Assembly (NCBI GenBank): GCA_951406725.2
Contig: OX597821.1
Location: 47,616,001-47,680,000 of the forward strand
Length of the DNA stretch: 64,000 bases
Reading direction: 5' to 3'
Source: Octopus vulgaris
Lineage: Eukaryota
Both the position numbers and the translations under genes were made by a program. The notes beneath the pieces are model-generated. The model had not been told where the DNA came from and ran no database searches. It saw nothing but the letters and a program-made list of their open reading frames with translations. Shown here one piece after another: positions 1 to 13,056 of the stretch (positions are counted from its first letter, which is position 1; each line of letters opens with the position of its first letter).

Positions 1-35
1 AGTTTTGATTTAATTTACTAAAGAATTTTTTAAGA

Positions 36-565
36 ATTGCTGTGTGGTAACATGTTTCCTTCCCAATCAACAGGTTCCAGATTCAAGGCCCACTGCACAG
101 CACCTTGGGTAAGTGCCTTCTGCTATAGCCACAGGCTGACCAAAGCCTTGTGAGTGGATTTGGCAGATGGAAACTGAAAGAAGCTCGTCATCATCATCAT
201 CATCATCATCATCACCACCAGTTAGTGTCTGCTTTCCATGCTGGCATGGCTTAGATGGTTTGGCTGGAACTGGTAAGCCAGAGAGCTGTACCAAGTTCCA
301 GTCTGATTTGGCATCATGTGTGTATGTGCCATAGTGCCTGTGTTTGTCCCCACCCCACCCCCACCCCCACCACAACCACTTGATAACTGGTCTTGGTGTG
401 TTTATGTCCCTGTAACTTAGTGGATTGGCACAAGAGACCAATAGAATAAGTACCAGGCTTAATAAGAAAATAAGTACAGTAGTGAAGTTAATTAGTTCAA
501 CTTAAATTCCTGAAGATGGTGCCCCTGCATGGCTGCAGTCTAATGACTGAAACAAGTAAAAAGAT
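36..565 (+). mobile_element. tRNA-derived SINE (family A), diverged copy with an RTE 3'-tail fragment inserted at ~186-315
   Basis: Aligns by eye to the copies at 1629-2038 and 12065-12499 (ggatttggcagatggaaactgaaagaagctcgtc ... gcatggctgcagtctaatgactgaaacaagtaaa). A (CAT)n + gctttccatgctggcatgg RTE tail interrupts it. Confidence 0.8.
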
Positions 566-1538
566 TTTAAAAAACTGTTTGTTAAATTTCTCCATGGTGC
601 TTATTTCTCTTTTTTTTCCATTTGATTTTTATGATGCTGCAGTTTGAAATTTTTTTTTTTTTTTTCAAAATTCATATAAGGGCCTTTATATAAATAACCC
701 TTCTAAACAAGTACCACTAAGAAACTATAAATATCATGCAGGGAGTAGCAATAATAACTTCTTAAACCTATAGTTTATAGTTGATGTTGGAAGATTTTGT
801 GTAAGAAAAATGACTATGAATAGAATATTTAGAGATCAAGTGTATTTCTAAAGCACCTGTATTCCTCTTGCATTGCATGAAATCCAAGACTAGCTGTCAC
901 TAATCCACAAAGATTCAGCTGTGTCAGAAACTGCCAAAATTTATATCTTAATGGCAGATCTCATAAATGTAATGAGCGATGTTTTAAGCTGGTGCTAATC
1001 TCCGGGGCAATAAAACCATACAAAACAGTTCATCTTCCTCTTGCAAGTTTAACTGTCGACTACAACACACATTAAGATAGTTCAAAGTACACACCAGAGA
1101 TGTAAAATGATTTTCGAACATTATAAAGCATGCTTCACCTGAAGTATAGCCTTGATAACATAACAGCATTGCTAATAAGCCGGTGTTAAGGATAAACTGT
1201 CTAAAATATCTACATGGTAAATACATATCTACATGGTATAAAATTCAATAATATGTTTTTGGATATTATGTTCTCAATATTCAATAAAGAGATTGCCAAT
1301 GAGCTCAGAAAAATGTTTATAAGACTCAATCTAAATATTAAGATTGTTGATGTAAGAAGTTGATGAATCAGATCTGTTATCTGCAAATCTTATGTCTTCA
1401 GAAAGGTCATTTGTAGGAAAGTTGGAAGAATGTATAAAGCAAACTGACATGTCAGAAGGAAAATAGTTTATAGTGAATACAGCTAGCTAGAAATTCTATT
1501 CAGAAACACCACTGAAACATACACATGCATTCTATATG

Positions 1539-1580
<42 letters not shown>

Positions 1581-1628
1581 ATATTTAGGGATAACCACTA
1601 GGTGGATAACCAATATGCTAGAAGAAGA

Positions 1629-2038
1629 TCATGGCTGTGTGGTAAGTAGCTTGCTAACCAACCACATGGTTCCGGGTTCAGTCCCACTGCATGGCATCTT
1701 GGGCAAGTGTCTTCTGCTATAGCCCCGGGCCGACCAATGCCGTGTCAGTGGATTTGGTAGACGGAAACTGAAAGAAGCCTGTCGTATATATGTATATATA
1801 TATGTGTGTGTGTGTGTATGTGTTTGTGTGTCTGTGTTTGTCCCCCTAGCATTGCTTGACAACCGATGCTGGTGTGTTTACGTCCCCGTCACTTAGCGGT
1901 TCGGCAAAAGAGACCGATAGAATAAGTACTGGGCTTACAAAGAATAAGTCCCGGGGTCGATTTGCTCGACTAAAGGCGGTGCTCCAGCATGGCCGCAGTC
2001 AAATGACTGAAACAAATAAAAGAGTAAAAAAAAGAGTA
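1629..2038 (+). mobile_element. tRNA-derived SINE (family A), near full length
   Basis: Pol III A-box-like tggctgtgtggtaag and B-box-like ggttcagtccc, internal (TA)/(TG) tract, aagagta tail. Repeated several times in the window. Confidence 0.9.
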
Positions 2039-2209
2039 TACAATCTAACTACAAAGAAAAGAATGTTCTCTAGAGAAATTTAGCAAACACCAAAACATAA
2101 GCGGGTAAATTTATTCAGATTTTTCTATATACTAGGCTACTGGTTTTAAATTGATATTAATTAATTAAAATTCAATTTATCACCCTCGATATTTAAATTA
2201 TATATATAT

Positions 2210-2365
2210 TTTTTTCTTTCCCTGTTTATTTCTGTGTTTCTTTGTGTTGAAGAGCATAGGCTCGAAACGTAAAAGACTTTCTCACTTTCTTAGCGATAAA
2301 CTAATACATCTGTTTGTTGTTTACACACCCGCCTTCATCTTCTGTTTTTTTGTAAATTCTCACAA
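2210..2365 (+). mobile_element. Short hammerhead-like repeat (family E), probably Penelope-derived
   Basis: Core tgaagagcataggctcgaaacgtaaaagac plus ctaatacatctgtttgtt tail. Homologous copies at 4335, 21247 and 37780. Confidence 0.7.
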
Positions 2366-2449
2366 TGTATGTGTGTGTGTGTGTGTATATACATATATAT
2401 ATATATACATATATATATCAAAATAAGCAACAAGGATATCCAGAGGTAA

Positions 2450-2536
2450 TGCAGTGCGATCGTTTCATGCAACTCCATTTAATTGAACAATGCAGTCATT
2501 ACATCAATTTAAAATGCAGAGCAATCCTCAGCTGCA
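2450..2536 (-). ncRNA. Degenerate minimal type I hammerhead ribozyme
   Basis: Minus strand reads tgcag-CUGAGGA-[long stem II]-GAAA-C-GAUC-G-CA-ctgca. Stem I tgcag/ctgca and the palindromic loop GAUC are present, but the cleavage triplet is GCA instead of GUH. Confidence 0.6.
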
Positions 2537-2764
2537 CAAAGACATAGAATTTAATTAAATTAGAACAGATGGACACATTAGTATAATTATACCTAAAATC
2601 TCCAAGAAGTTAAGGAGATAGACAAAGAACATGCTGTCTCCACTCCAGCACAAAAGTTACCAAGATATCAAAAAGATATACATTGTTACAGACTCTGCCT
2701 GTCACTGATTTTTTTGTTTTTATGGGGTCAGTTTTAATTTATAGACTAGTTTATCAAATCCTTG

Positions 2765-3022
2765 TATATCTAAGGCTGGGAGAACAGAGACCGGTATCTG
2801 TTAGGGGTAGGGCTGAGGAAGCAGACAGAAATCATAGTTGGTATAGTCATAAAAATCAAGATTATCAGCTAACATCTTGTTTTAAGCTTTCCTTTACCAA
2901 ACTTCATGATATTGCTTCTAATAAATCTTGATTTTTATGACTATACCAACTATGATTTCTGTCTGTTTCTTCAGCCCTACCCCTAGCAGATACTGCCCTC
3001 TGTTCTCTCAGCCTTAGATATA
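2765..3022. repeat. ~99-bp inverted repeat (2765-2863 / 2924-3022) at the 5' edge of a Penelope-like fragment
   Basis: tatatctaaggctgggagaacagag...aaaaatcaagatt is the reverse complement of aatcttgatttttatg...ctcagccttagatata, with few mismatches. Confidence 0.9.
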
Positions 3023-3385
3023 AAGCCAAAGTGCAAACAGAAAGCTTGCAAGAATATAAAACATATACAGGAGCTTCAGAAAATTCTTTCAAGATTTGAT
3101 TTTATTCCCACAGAAATTCTTTCCGGTACCCACAAAACAGGACAGTGACTAGCCTTGCAAAGCATTCTGGGAAATGGAAGAGAATGAAGCCCATCCTTTC
3201 AGTGTAAACTGGAAAGAGCTTAGATAAAGCATCAGCTTACAGACATGGAGCTTATAAAAGACCTATGAAATGTGATTTTTGTCTTTCAGAAAAATTCTTT
3301 ATACTATTCCAGGATAAAAACGCTTTGAACCAAAGACGTGAGCTCTTAAATTCCTGCAAGCTCACAAGAAAATTTAAAATGTCAA
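3015..3385 (+). mobile_element. Penelope-like element GIY-YIG endonuclease remnant
   Basis: Translates with frameshifts to YKAKVQTE..YKTYTGASENSFKI*FYSHRNSFRY..TSLAKH..WK.LDKASAY..KCDFCLSEKFFIL..LNQRRELLNSCKLTRKF, which matches PLE C-terminal motifs (CxLCLxEK, LNxRxELxxxCxH). Confidence 0.8.
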
Positions 3386-3995
3386 CCGAAAAAATACCAT
3401 ATGGGTAATATGTTTTGACTTTCGAATTTTCAGCTGCTGCTTTTGAATTTGTCTTTGCAGTGTATGGTTATTTTGCATTGCAACAATGTTGAATATATTT
3501 CGGCTCATTCTTTAAAAAAAACTTTCGATTTTACGAATTTAACTGCTAGCTTAAGCTCTGCTAAGCTTCATTTTTATTATTTCATTTTATTTTACATACC
3601 TATTTAATTGTTACATCAAATTTATAGATAGTTTGATATATGGTGCAGCATTTTGTAATGATGTCACATTCGAATTTTTAATATTATATACACCGAGCAG
3701 CTTTTTAAAAATTGTTTGTATATATACATTATGATATAGATATGTCACTATATATTTATTTTTGTGTTTGCATGTATTGTAGGTATGCACATGTATGTGC
3801 ATGCATGCATACGCATACATGTGCAGGTGTGTATGCATATATACATATGTGTGTGTGTGCGTGTGTGTGTGTGTGTATGTCTGCATGTGTACATAGATGT
3901 ATATGTATACATGTGTATACTTATATTTATGTGAGCATGTATTTGCTTACATTCTTTTGTATATTTGTTTATGTACTCATATATGTGTATTTATA

Positions 3996-4058
<63 letters not shown>

Positions 4059-4334
4059 AATTTTATGGTGCATTTGTTGAGCAAAATTTATGAAGTATCG
4101 TTTTCATGCTCGCACCTCGCTAGGGTCTTTACGTAGCACCCTGTGTCCTTAACCTTTTTTCTCTCTCTTCTCTCGCTAGTTTTCTGTCTCTGTTTCTTTA
4201 TCTTTTTTCCTTTTCTCTTCCTCCTCCCTCCGCTTAATATATACTTTCTTTTTCTTTCATCTGTAGCAACTGACCTGTATATGCATATGCCAGAAGATTT
4301 TGTGCACGTGCATGTGTGTGTACATATATACATT

Positions 4335-4487
4335 ATTTTTCTCTCCTTGTTTTTTTCTGTGTCCCTTTCTGTAGAAGAGCGTAGGCTCGAAACGTAAAAG
4401 TCTTTTTCTATTCCTGAGCATTATACTAATACATCTGTTTGTTTTGTACACCACCTGTCTTCATCTTTTGTTTTTTTCGTAAACTCT

Positions 4488-4491
<4 letters not shown>
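4335..4491 (+). mobile_element. Short hammerhead-like repeat (family E) ending in (TA)n
   Basis: ctgtagaagagcgtaggctcgaaacgtaaaag core. Near-identical to 21247-21416. Confidence 0.75.
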
Positions 4492-4527
<36 letters not shown>

Positions 4528-4999
4528 GTATTTGTATATATATTTATGTCTCACCTATATATGTCTATAACTATGTAAGTGTGTCTGTATGTTTTAGTGC
4601 ATATATGTATATTACAGAGGGTTTAGTATGTGAATATGTCGCTAAATGTATAAGTAATTCAGCATGAAAATTTTTAACTTTTAATTTTTTAAACATATAA
4701 CTTTTAAAATATTAATTGATTTATATTTTACATATAATTATTTACCCTATGTATTTAGACTCTCTCCTTCGATTTAAGGTTTTCTTCAATTTTAAAAGAA
4801 GATGATTTTATACTGCATTTTGTTCATTAGTCGAAAGAACCTATGAAACAAAACCATTTTCAAATGTGTATCCATTAAACTAATTTTATGTTTGCTTATA
4901 ACCTTATTTCTGTTCCATTCTAAACAAAACTGTTTGATGAACGGGAATGTGAAGCTCTGAGTAACAGTTTTTGTGATATTTCTGCTGCTTTTTAATAAA

Positions 5000-5053
<54 letters not shown>

Positions 5054-5379
5054 TCAAATAATCATAAAATGGAGAAAGCCTCAGATGAACAAACACATCG
5101 ATATTATTTTTTAATATACAAAGTATAACATAGTAAATAGCAAATCTTATGGCCGTTTACGCATACATTTCCAAATGTTGCTTATGAATAATTATTTGCA
5201 TTTGGTTGCTGATAAACTCTTATTTATCCTGTTGTTACCTGCACTTTATGAGCATAGTGTTCCTGCACACCAATGCCCAGGGATAACACAGGTAATGGAT
5301 ACCGATAGTACAAATGGATATTTTATCCCTTAGCCAGTTATTACAATTGCTACACTTTATATATATATATATATATAAA

Positions 5380-6608
5380 CAGGGGTTGGACAAAATAATA
5401 GAAACACCTTAAAATTTCAAGCAAATTTATTTTAATATGGGGTAGGACTGCTTTGGCAGCAATTACAGCTTGAATTTTACTAGGTATGGACTCAAACAAA
5501 GTTTGAAATGTTTCCAAGGGAAATTTTGTCCATTCTTCAGCTAAAACAGTCATCAGTTCTTGTAGTGATGATGGTGAATGATAATGCTTCCTTGTTTTTC
5601 TAAAATGCACCATAAATCTTCAATAACATTGAGATCTTGGGACTGTGGTTGCCAGATAAGATGTTCAACTTCACTAGAATGTTCTTCGTGTCATTCACTA
5701 ACAACTTTAGCTGTGTGAATTGATGCATTATCATCCTGAAAGATAGCGTTTTCCCCCGGAAACAGTTCTGCAACCATAGGATGAATTTGATCACATAAGA
5801 TGCTTAAATAGTCTTGATTATTAATTCTGCTATGAAAGGAAACCATTGGGCTGACAGATTTCTAAGATAAAGCCCACGCCAGATCATCACAGATCCACTT
5901 CCTTGTTTAACAGTTGGAAAAAGGCAGTCTTGGTCAAGTGCTTCTTTTTGGCTGTCACCACACGTATACTCAGCCGGTGGTTGGAAATAAGGCAAAGGAT
6001 GATTCATCCAAGAAAATAACATTCTTCCACTGCTCTAGGGACCATTTCTGTAGGTTATTCCACTCTAAACACTTTGCAATGTCTGTTTTTGAAAATAGTG
6101 GTTTTCTGATTGCACCCCTCCAGTGAAATTCAGCTTTATGCAGCTTCTGGTGAACAGTTTTTGTAAAAACTGGGTTCACGATGTGGGCATTATGCTCTGC
6201 AGTAATTTTGGGTGCTGTACTTTTGTGATCCTTTCTAACAATTCACATAAGAGTCCAACAGTCCCTATCTGAAAGTTTTGGTTTTCTTCAGGAATTTTGT
6301 TTGAACAAGGAAGTTTTCGAGACAGTACTTTTTGATACACCAAACATTTTGGCTGTTTTCGTTACACTAGCACCTGTCATACAAGCACCAACAGTTTGAT
6401 CTCTTTGAAAGTTTGATAGATTTGTCATTTTAATGAATTTTAATTACCTTTTTCTGATGATAACTGAAAAATAACAACAATTTTAGCAAAACGTATTAAG
6501 AAACACTAAATCAAAAAACATAAAATAAACAAGCTTTTGACAGTTTTATAAATTATGATGCTATGATTTTCCATTGCTAGGTGTTTCCATTTTTTTGTCC
6601 AACCCTTG
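5380..6608 (-). mobile_element. Tc1-family (DD34E) DNA transposon, full length, decayed transposase
   Basis: TIRs caggggttggacaaaataatagaaacacct / aggtgtttccattttttgtccaacccttg, with TA on the right. Fragments WKNVIFLDESSF, PTVKQGSGSVMIW, FQDDNASIH, SQDLNVIEDLW. Confidence 0.92.
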
Positions 6609-6616
6609 TATATATA

Positions 6617-7320
6617 CAGGGTGTGTAAGATATTTGAGGACAGATTTATGCTTATAAAAAAAAAACATATATAATTAACAGATCATAACTTTATTAATCA
6701 AAAAATGCTATGAGGAAAGAAATAAACCTTCTTTTCTATAATGTTATTCAATAAAGTCACCTTCAGCTCCAACAACTGCTTCTATATGAGATTTAAATCA
6801 TCTACATGCTCGAATCAAGTGGTCCTAATTCATTTTGGACATTACTCTGACTATGGCAGCTTTCATAGAATCTTTGGTATTATGGGCATGTTCATTGACC
6901 TCTCTCTCGACAATGCTCCCCATGTAATAGTCCAATGTATTGAGATCTGGGGAATTAGGAGGCTAAATGTTAGGGGTTATGTGATCATGAACATTTTCAG
7001 CCAGCCATTCCTGTGTTACTAGAGCCATGTATGATAGTGTAATGTCTTACTGAAACACATATGGCCTTCCATTGCATACACTGTCTATCCAGGGCTTAAC
7101 AATTATTTCCAGGACCTCAATGTAGGTGACCTCAATGTAGGCTTTGTGGAAATAAGTAAGGTGGCATCACATGTCCTTCATTGCTGACAATCTCTAAAAC
7201 CATGACAGTTGCATGAAAATTTGTATACATAACACTTGGAACTTCAGAAGGGCCTGCACATAACCATCTGTCATTTCTTCTGTTAACTTTTTGATCTTGG
7301 TCAAAGATTTTGTCGTTTTA
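6617..7320 (-). mobile_element. maT/DD37D-type Tc1/mariner 3' portion
   Basis: TA-cagggtg terminus. Minus strand encodes NSPDLNTLDYY..SIVERE..NTKDSMKAAI..LIRAC..F.SHIEAVVGAEGDFIE*. Confidence 0.75.
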
Positions 7321-7566
7321 CATCCTCATATCGTAGTGCTTCAACAAAAAGACCATTAGAATAAGTACCACTCTTAAGAAAATAAAAGTCTTAGGGTTGA
7401 TTCATCTGACTAAATTTCTTCAAGGTGGTGCTCCAGCATGGCCACAGACTGAAACAAGTAAACGACAAATGATAAAAGAAAACTAGATAAAATGTTTGAC
7501 AAGTAGTGGAAGAGTTATACATATGAAAAATATTCATCTAAACCAGTTGTTTCTAAAATGTCTTAT

Positions 7567-8462
7567 GGATCTAGTTAAATTGATTCACAGAATCTGCATT
7601 TCTTTTTTTTTAAAGGAAGTAAAAAATCTAAAATTCGGTTATATTGATATATTTTTCCACTCTTATTGCTGTGAATCCATGATCTTGTGGAGAAAAAAAT
7701 TTGAGGAAAAATTTACAAAGGTTAAAAAAAAAACTGTATTCTTAGCCAATAGTGAGACAGCAGTGTCAACTTTAAGGTTGTACTCTGTGAAATTTATAGT
7801 TTAGTGTCTGTGAAATGACCTGTTATCCGTGTTTACTTTATGCATATTTCAGTATTATGTATACCTGTCATGTACATCATCATTAATATATAAGTGCATG
7901 AGGATATATGTATTCATATATAAGTTTATATGTACATGTGAATCGATTTAACTAGATCCCCCCCACACACACACAACATACATATACACACAGACATACG
8001 TGCCCATGCACACATAGACATGAAATCATATATATACCCCTCATACATACAACACACATACATGCACATATATGCACACACACACATATGCACACACGCA
8101 CACACACACAAACACACATATACCTCCTCACACACAACAGCCACACATGCATGCACATATACACACACACATGTACATGCATGCACACACATGCATGTGC
8201 GGCAGATGCAGGTGAAGTGAAACACAATACAACATGCAGTTGTCATGGTAACAAGCTGTTAATGCCTCACTGTCTGTTGATTGGCTAAAATTACCCAAAT
8301 TTCCCAACGTTAATTCCAAATAACATCAGATTCTTTAATTTATGAGATAAAATAATTGGTTGATCGTAATCAAAATTCAGTGTTGCGTCGATACACCAAA
8401 ATTGAAAGCAGCCTGAGCAAAATTAAAGGGGGCTGATTTTGTGAATCAATTTAACTAGGTCC
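7567..8462. mobile_element. MITE with 23-bp TIRs and 8-bp TSD (Merlin-like)
   Basis: TIR ggatctagttaaattgattcaca (7567-7589) / tgtgaatcaatttaactaggtcc (8440-8462). Flanks tgtcttat / tgtcttac. An extra right-TIR copy sits at 7937-7959. Confidence 0.75.
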
Positions 8463-8949
8463 TGTCTTACTCATGTTAACATCAGCAACATTAGGTTAAA
8501 AATATATCTAAAACAGGTATTTTTGTCTACCAGTACAACACTGAATACCAGAAAATTTATAAATATTTATATTTCCAATGGATGAAATACAATTATCAAT
8601 GACCAACATTGGTGCTTTTGGTGATTTTTTTGTATGTTTGGATAGATTTAGGATAAACTTAACCATGTTTCATCTTCAAATTCTATCTCTCTCCTTCACT
8701 CTCTTCTCTGCCTTTAACTTTTCTTTCTTCCTCTTCCCTATTCCCTTTCTCTCATTACATTAATATTAGTTAATAAAACACTACTAAAGAAATTCCTTCT
8801 TTAAAAGAAATCTGAAATGTGTCAAAGGCCAAATCTGCAGGCTTTATTTAAAATCCATGATTGATAGATTTAGAAGTTAATTCTTCTTTTGTTGATGATG
8901 TTTATTTATATCTTCTAAAAAATATTTATTTATTTAAGCCCTTAGAAGC

Positions 8950-9640
8950 AAAGTGTTTTTTTTTTTCCATATAATACACTGTTTGATAAATGTTTCCAAG
9001 AAATTTTCTTCACCTTCCTTAACATCCTGTTGTTTGTTCCATTTAGTTTACTCTCATATATATTCAGCATTCAGATCCCTATATCAATATACTTTCTATC
9101 GCAGCTCTAAAAAGAACTGTATTTTGAGGTCATAAGATAGGTTTCATTCCCATAGTGCAGACATCTTGTTCATTGCTGACCTTGTCAATTCAATTCTTAC
9201 TCGCTTTGAACTTTCTCCCCACAATCCCGGATACTTCAAGTTATTTACACATTTCAAGTTTTCACCGTTTGATTATATAATTTCTTCTTATGGTTGATTG
9301 AAAACCATAAACTCTGTCATTAATGTGTAGTACATCTATTTGAAGTTTCCTCAACTCACTGAAGCAGTAGTTGAAGTAGAAGAATGTTTCTTGGGAGCAA
9401 CATTTACTGAACAGTGAATAATATGGAAGTATACTCTTACTAATAGAAACCATGAAACAACACAGACTTAAACAATGAAGTAGAACAGCAACTATTTTTA
9501 TAGCAACCAGCAAATGGTAAAAGAGGAGGCAGATCTTATGAAACTGATGGATGCAATCTTTGAAATAAATTGTGTTGCAAAGTTGATGAAGGACCAGAAA
9601 GTGTTGATGTATACAAGTGTGCTCATCATGATAAGACAAA
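8950..9640. mobile_element. Two old RTE LINE RT-tail fragments in divergent orientation (minus ~8950-9340, plus ~9350-9640)
   Basis: Minus strand: NGENLKCVNNLKYPG..RIELTRSAMNKMSALW..LKIQFFRAAIESILI*GSEC. Plus strand: NVSWEQHLLNSE*YGSI..TMKQHRLK. Confidence 0.55.
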
Positions 9641-9667
9641 AAAAAAAATTACCTTTGTTTTTTCTAA

Positions 9668-9668
<1 letters not shown>

Positions 9669-9722
<54 letters not shown>

Positions 9723-10020
9723 GTTTAACGTCTGTTCTCCATGCTAGCATGGGTTGGACGATTTTGACTGAGGGCTGGTGAACCAGATGGCTGCACCAGG
9801 CTCCAATCTTGATCTGGCAGAGCTTCTACAGCTGGATGCTCTTCCTAAAGCCAACCACTCCAAGAGTGTAGTAGTGGGTGCTTTTTATGTGCCACCAGCA
9901 TGGGACCAGTCAGGCAGTACTGGCAATGACCTCGCTCGAATCTTTTCACACATGCCAGTGAAGCGACGTTGGTAATGATCACGCTCGAATGGTGCCCTTT
10001 TACATGCCACGAGTATGGAA
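9669..10020 (-). mobile_element. RTE LINE 3'-UTR fragment with (ATG)n tail
   Basis: Reverse complement of the 3' end of the RTE at 49480-49659 (ggaagggcatccagctgtagaaac...gacgttaaacgatgatgat). Confidence 0.85.
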
Positions 10021-10628
10021 GCCAGTTGGCTGCTTTCATAAATTTGAAGGCACAAATTACTCCTTCACCTAACTACAGATGTATTTCGAACTATATGAAG
10101 ATTCAGCTGAATATAATTTCAGTCTGTATTTCTTTGCCATTTTTTAAAAACATAGTTTAATTATTATCAAAACACATTGATCTACATTTTGTGATATAGT
10201 TGTGTGTCACAGTATATCATTTAGTAACTACTGGGCTATATTATATCAACAATCTCTCAATAAACATGAACAATGAATCTGTGATGTTGTTGCATAAATC
10301 ATATCAATACACAGGAAATATCGAATTCTATGAATTCTAAACTAGCCCATATATATCAACAAAATCTGTTAGTATGTGAGTTGAGTTCAGGACTTAACTC
10401 TTCAAAGGCTGGAAGATTTTAACACCTTGCACAAAATAATAATATAACACAATTGTAGCTTTTTAGAATTTCCTTTTGGCATTATAATGTCAAGCTAAAG
10501 TAATGAGTCTTAAATGGGAGGAATTTTAGCCATATATACATATGTAAACACATACACACATACAGACATATATACATACACACATGCATATGTATGTATA
10601 TATATATATACATACACACATACATATG

Positions 10629-10672
<44 letters not shown>

Positions 10673-10703
10673 CACACATAATACATATATACATGCAAAC
10701 ATA

Positions 10704-11955
10704 TGAAGTGGTATCAAAACGTTCCTGGACTAGTTATGTTCAATACAAAACAACTTATTTACCTAAGTTTTAACATTATCTCCTTCAAAATAATCACTTT
10801 GCACTTCCATATACCAGTCCTAACATTCCTGCCACCTTTACAATCTGGCTTGGAAGTAATTTTCAGTAAGAGAGTTGAGGACCTTCTGCGATTCACTCTT
10901 GATCTTGACGACAATTTTAAAACGGCAACCTTTAAGCTACATTTTCATCTTGGAGAAGAGATGGAGGTCCACAGATGCAAAATCTGGTGAATAGGGCAGG
11001 TGTTTAAACAATACCAGTTGTTTTTGGCAAGAAACTCACAAGTGAGGAGAGCTTAGTGTTAGGGTGCATTATCTTTGTGAAGAATTCAATTCTTTGCACT
11101 CCACATATGCAGTCACTTTCACTGAATGTCCTCTTTCAAATGCTTCAAGATATCACAGTAGAACTCTCGATTTATGGTCTGGCCCTAGAGGGGCCTAGAG
11201 GGGCCTAGAGGGGATGAATTCTCAATGCACAATGCTGCAGGTGTCAAAAAAACGATGAGCATGCTCTCGATTGAGTTGCAGTTCAGTCATGCCTTCTTCC
11301 ATTGTGACGACTGCTGCTTCATCTCAGGGTCATACCTGTAGACCCAACTCTCATCACCAGTGATGATCCCTGACCTGAAGGAGTGGTCATCAACAGCATG
11401 CTGACAGAGATCTTGACAGACTTCAACACTATATACTCACTGCTCAGTGAATTCATGTTCAATTCTGATGTTAGGATTGCATGTACGGACCCATACAACA
11501 GACGAACAACACAGGCAATGTCATTGATTGTCCTCCGACAATCTTCATGCATGAGCTGATGAATTTTCTTCACATTTCCAGGGGTGATGCTTGTGGCAAG
11601 TCTTCCAGGAATGTTCTTCTGCTTTTGAAGCACCTATGCCTCTTAAAACATTATGCATGACCCATTTCTTCATCTCTGTAAACTTGCCAAAGCTTGCACA
11701 GTATCTCTGTAGCAGGCTTCCCAAGTTTAATGCCAAAATTTCACATTGGCTTTTTGTTCCAACTTCCAGTCCATCACAAAATCGCAGACTACAGCATGCA
11801 CGGGATCACAAAAACATTTTTCACAACTTGCAATGTAAATACAGTGATGTCACTCAGCATATTACCTCATGAAGGTCACTGCTAGCTCTCACTGCACATG
11901 CAAACGTGTGATGTCATCTGTTGGTGAACTTCAGAAATAGTCCAGGAACTTCTAT
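10704..11955 (-). mobile_element. mariner (DD34D) transposon, decayed
   Basis: Imperfect TIRs (gttcctggacta / tagtccaggaac). Minus strand ITGDESWVYRYDPEMKQQS and HLPYSPDFASVDLHLF motifs. Confidence 0.85.
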
Positions 11956-12064
11956 ATTTATTGTTTTCTTGGAGGGATAATTCCGTAATAGATATAAATA
12001 GAACCCTAATAAAAATTTTCTTTGTTTACTTAATTTATCATAGGGAGTATTCAGTATATAATAA

Positions 12065-12225
12065 GGCATAGAAGTGGCTGTGTAGTAAGTAGCTTGCTTA
12101 CAAACCACATAGTTCCAGGTTCAGTCCCACTGCATGGCATCTTGGGCAAGTGTCTTCTACTATAGCCTCAGGCCGACCAAAGCCTTGTGAGTGGATTTGG
12201 TAGACAGAAACTGAAAGAAGCTCGT

Positions 12226-12275
<50 letters not shown>

Positions 12276-12499
12276 TGTGTTTGTGTGTCTGTGTTTGTCC
12301 CCCCCAACATTGCTTGACAACTGATGCTGGTGTGTTTACGTCCCCGAAACTTAGCGGTTCGGCAAAAGAGACCGATAGAATAAATACAAGGCTCACAAAG
12401 AATAAGTCCTGGGGTCGATTTGCTCGACTAAAGGCAGTGCTCCAGCATGGCCACAGTCAAATGACTGAAACAAGTAAAAGTGTAAAAGAGTAAAAGAGT
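12065..12499 (+). mobile_element. tRNA-derived SINE (family A), full length
   Basis: ggcatagaagtggctgtgtagtaag head, ggttcagtccc box, (aaaagagt)n tail. Confidence 0.9.
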
Positions 12500-13056
12500 A
12501 TAAACTTAAGGCTGTGAATACGATAACCAAAGTACCCCATAGATGTATATTTAGGCTATAGTAATGGAAATAAAATTTACTAATTTTTAGGGGTAACCAG
12601 ATTTGAAGTTACTTAAATAAGGATTGTTATTCATATATTCAGGAAGGGAGAATTTAGTGAATCGATAGAAATTGTTAATATAAACCAAACAAGTAATAAG
12701 GACTGTTCTCAATGAACTAATCAATATTATTACTTACAAAATGAGAGACAACACATAGTGCATATCCAAACTCTGTCAATACTTTCATAAGTAACAAACA
12801 ACATTATTGTAATAAGAATACAATTTATAAACTATACAATACTATAATAATTATTATTTTGGTTATTAAATTTATTTAGTAAGTCAAATGAAACTATTTG
12901 CCATCATCATTATTATTATCATAATTATCATCAATTAATTAATTAATTAATGAAATATGTGTATTCATACAGTAACTACAAGAATATGCACTAAAATGAA
13001 GGAATTCAGAATTGGTCCACTCTTATAATCAATTTTCAAAATTAAGTTATTATATA

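Noticed and set aside
841-1460. Possible coding exon or hAT transposase relic (ORF 984-1226)
   Set aside because: No convincing motif or consistent frame could be read by eye.
5140-5165. Hammerhead 3' half (gtaaacggccataag on minus)
   Set aside because: GAAA and GUH are both altered and no CUGANGA partner was found.
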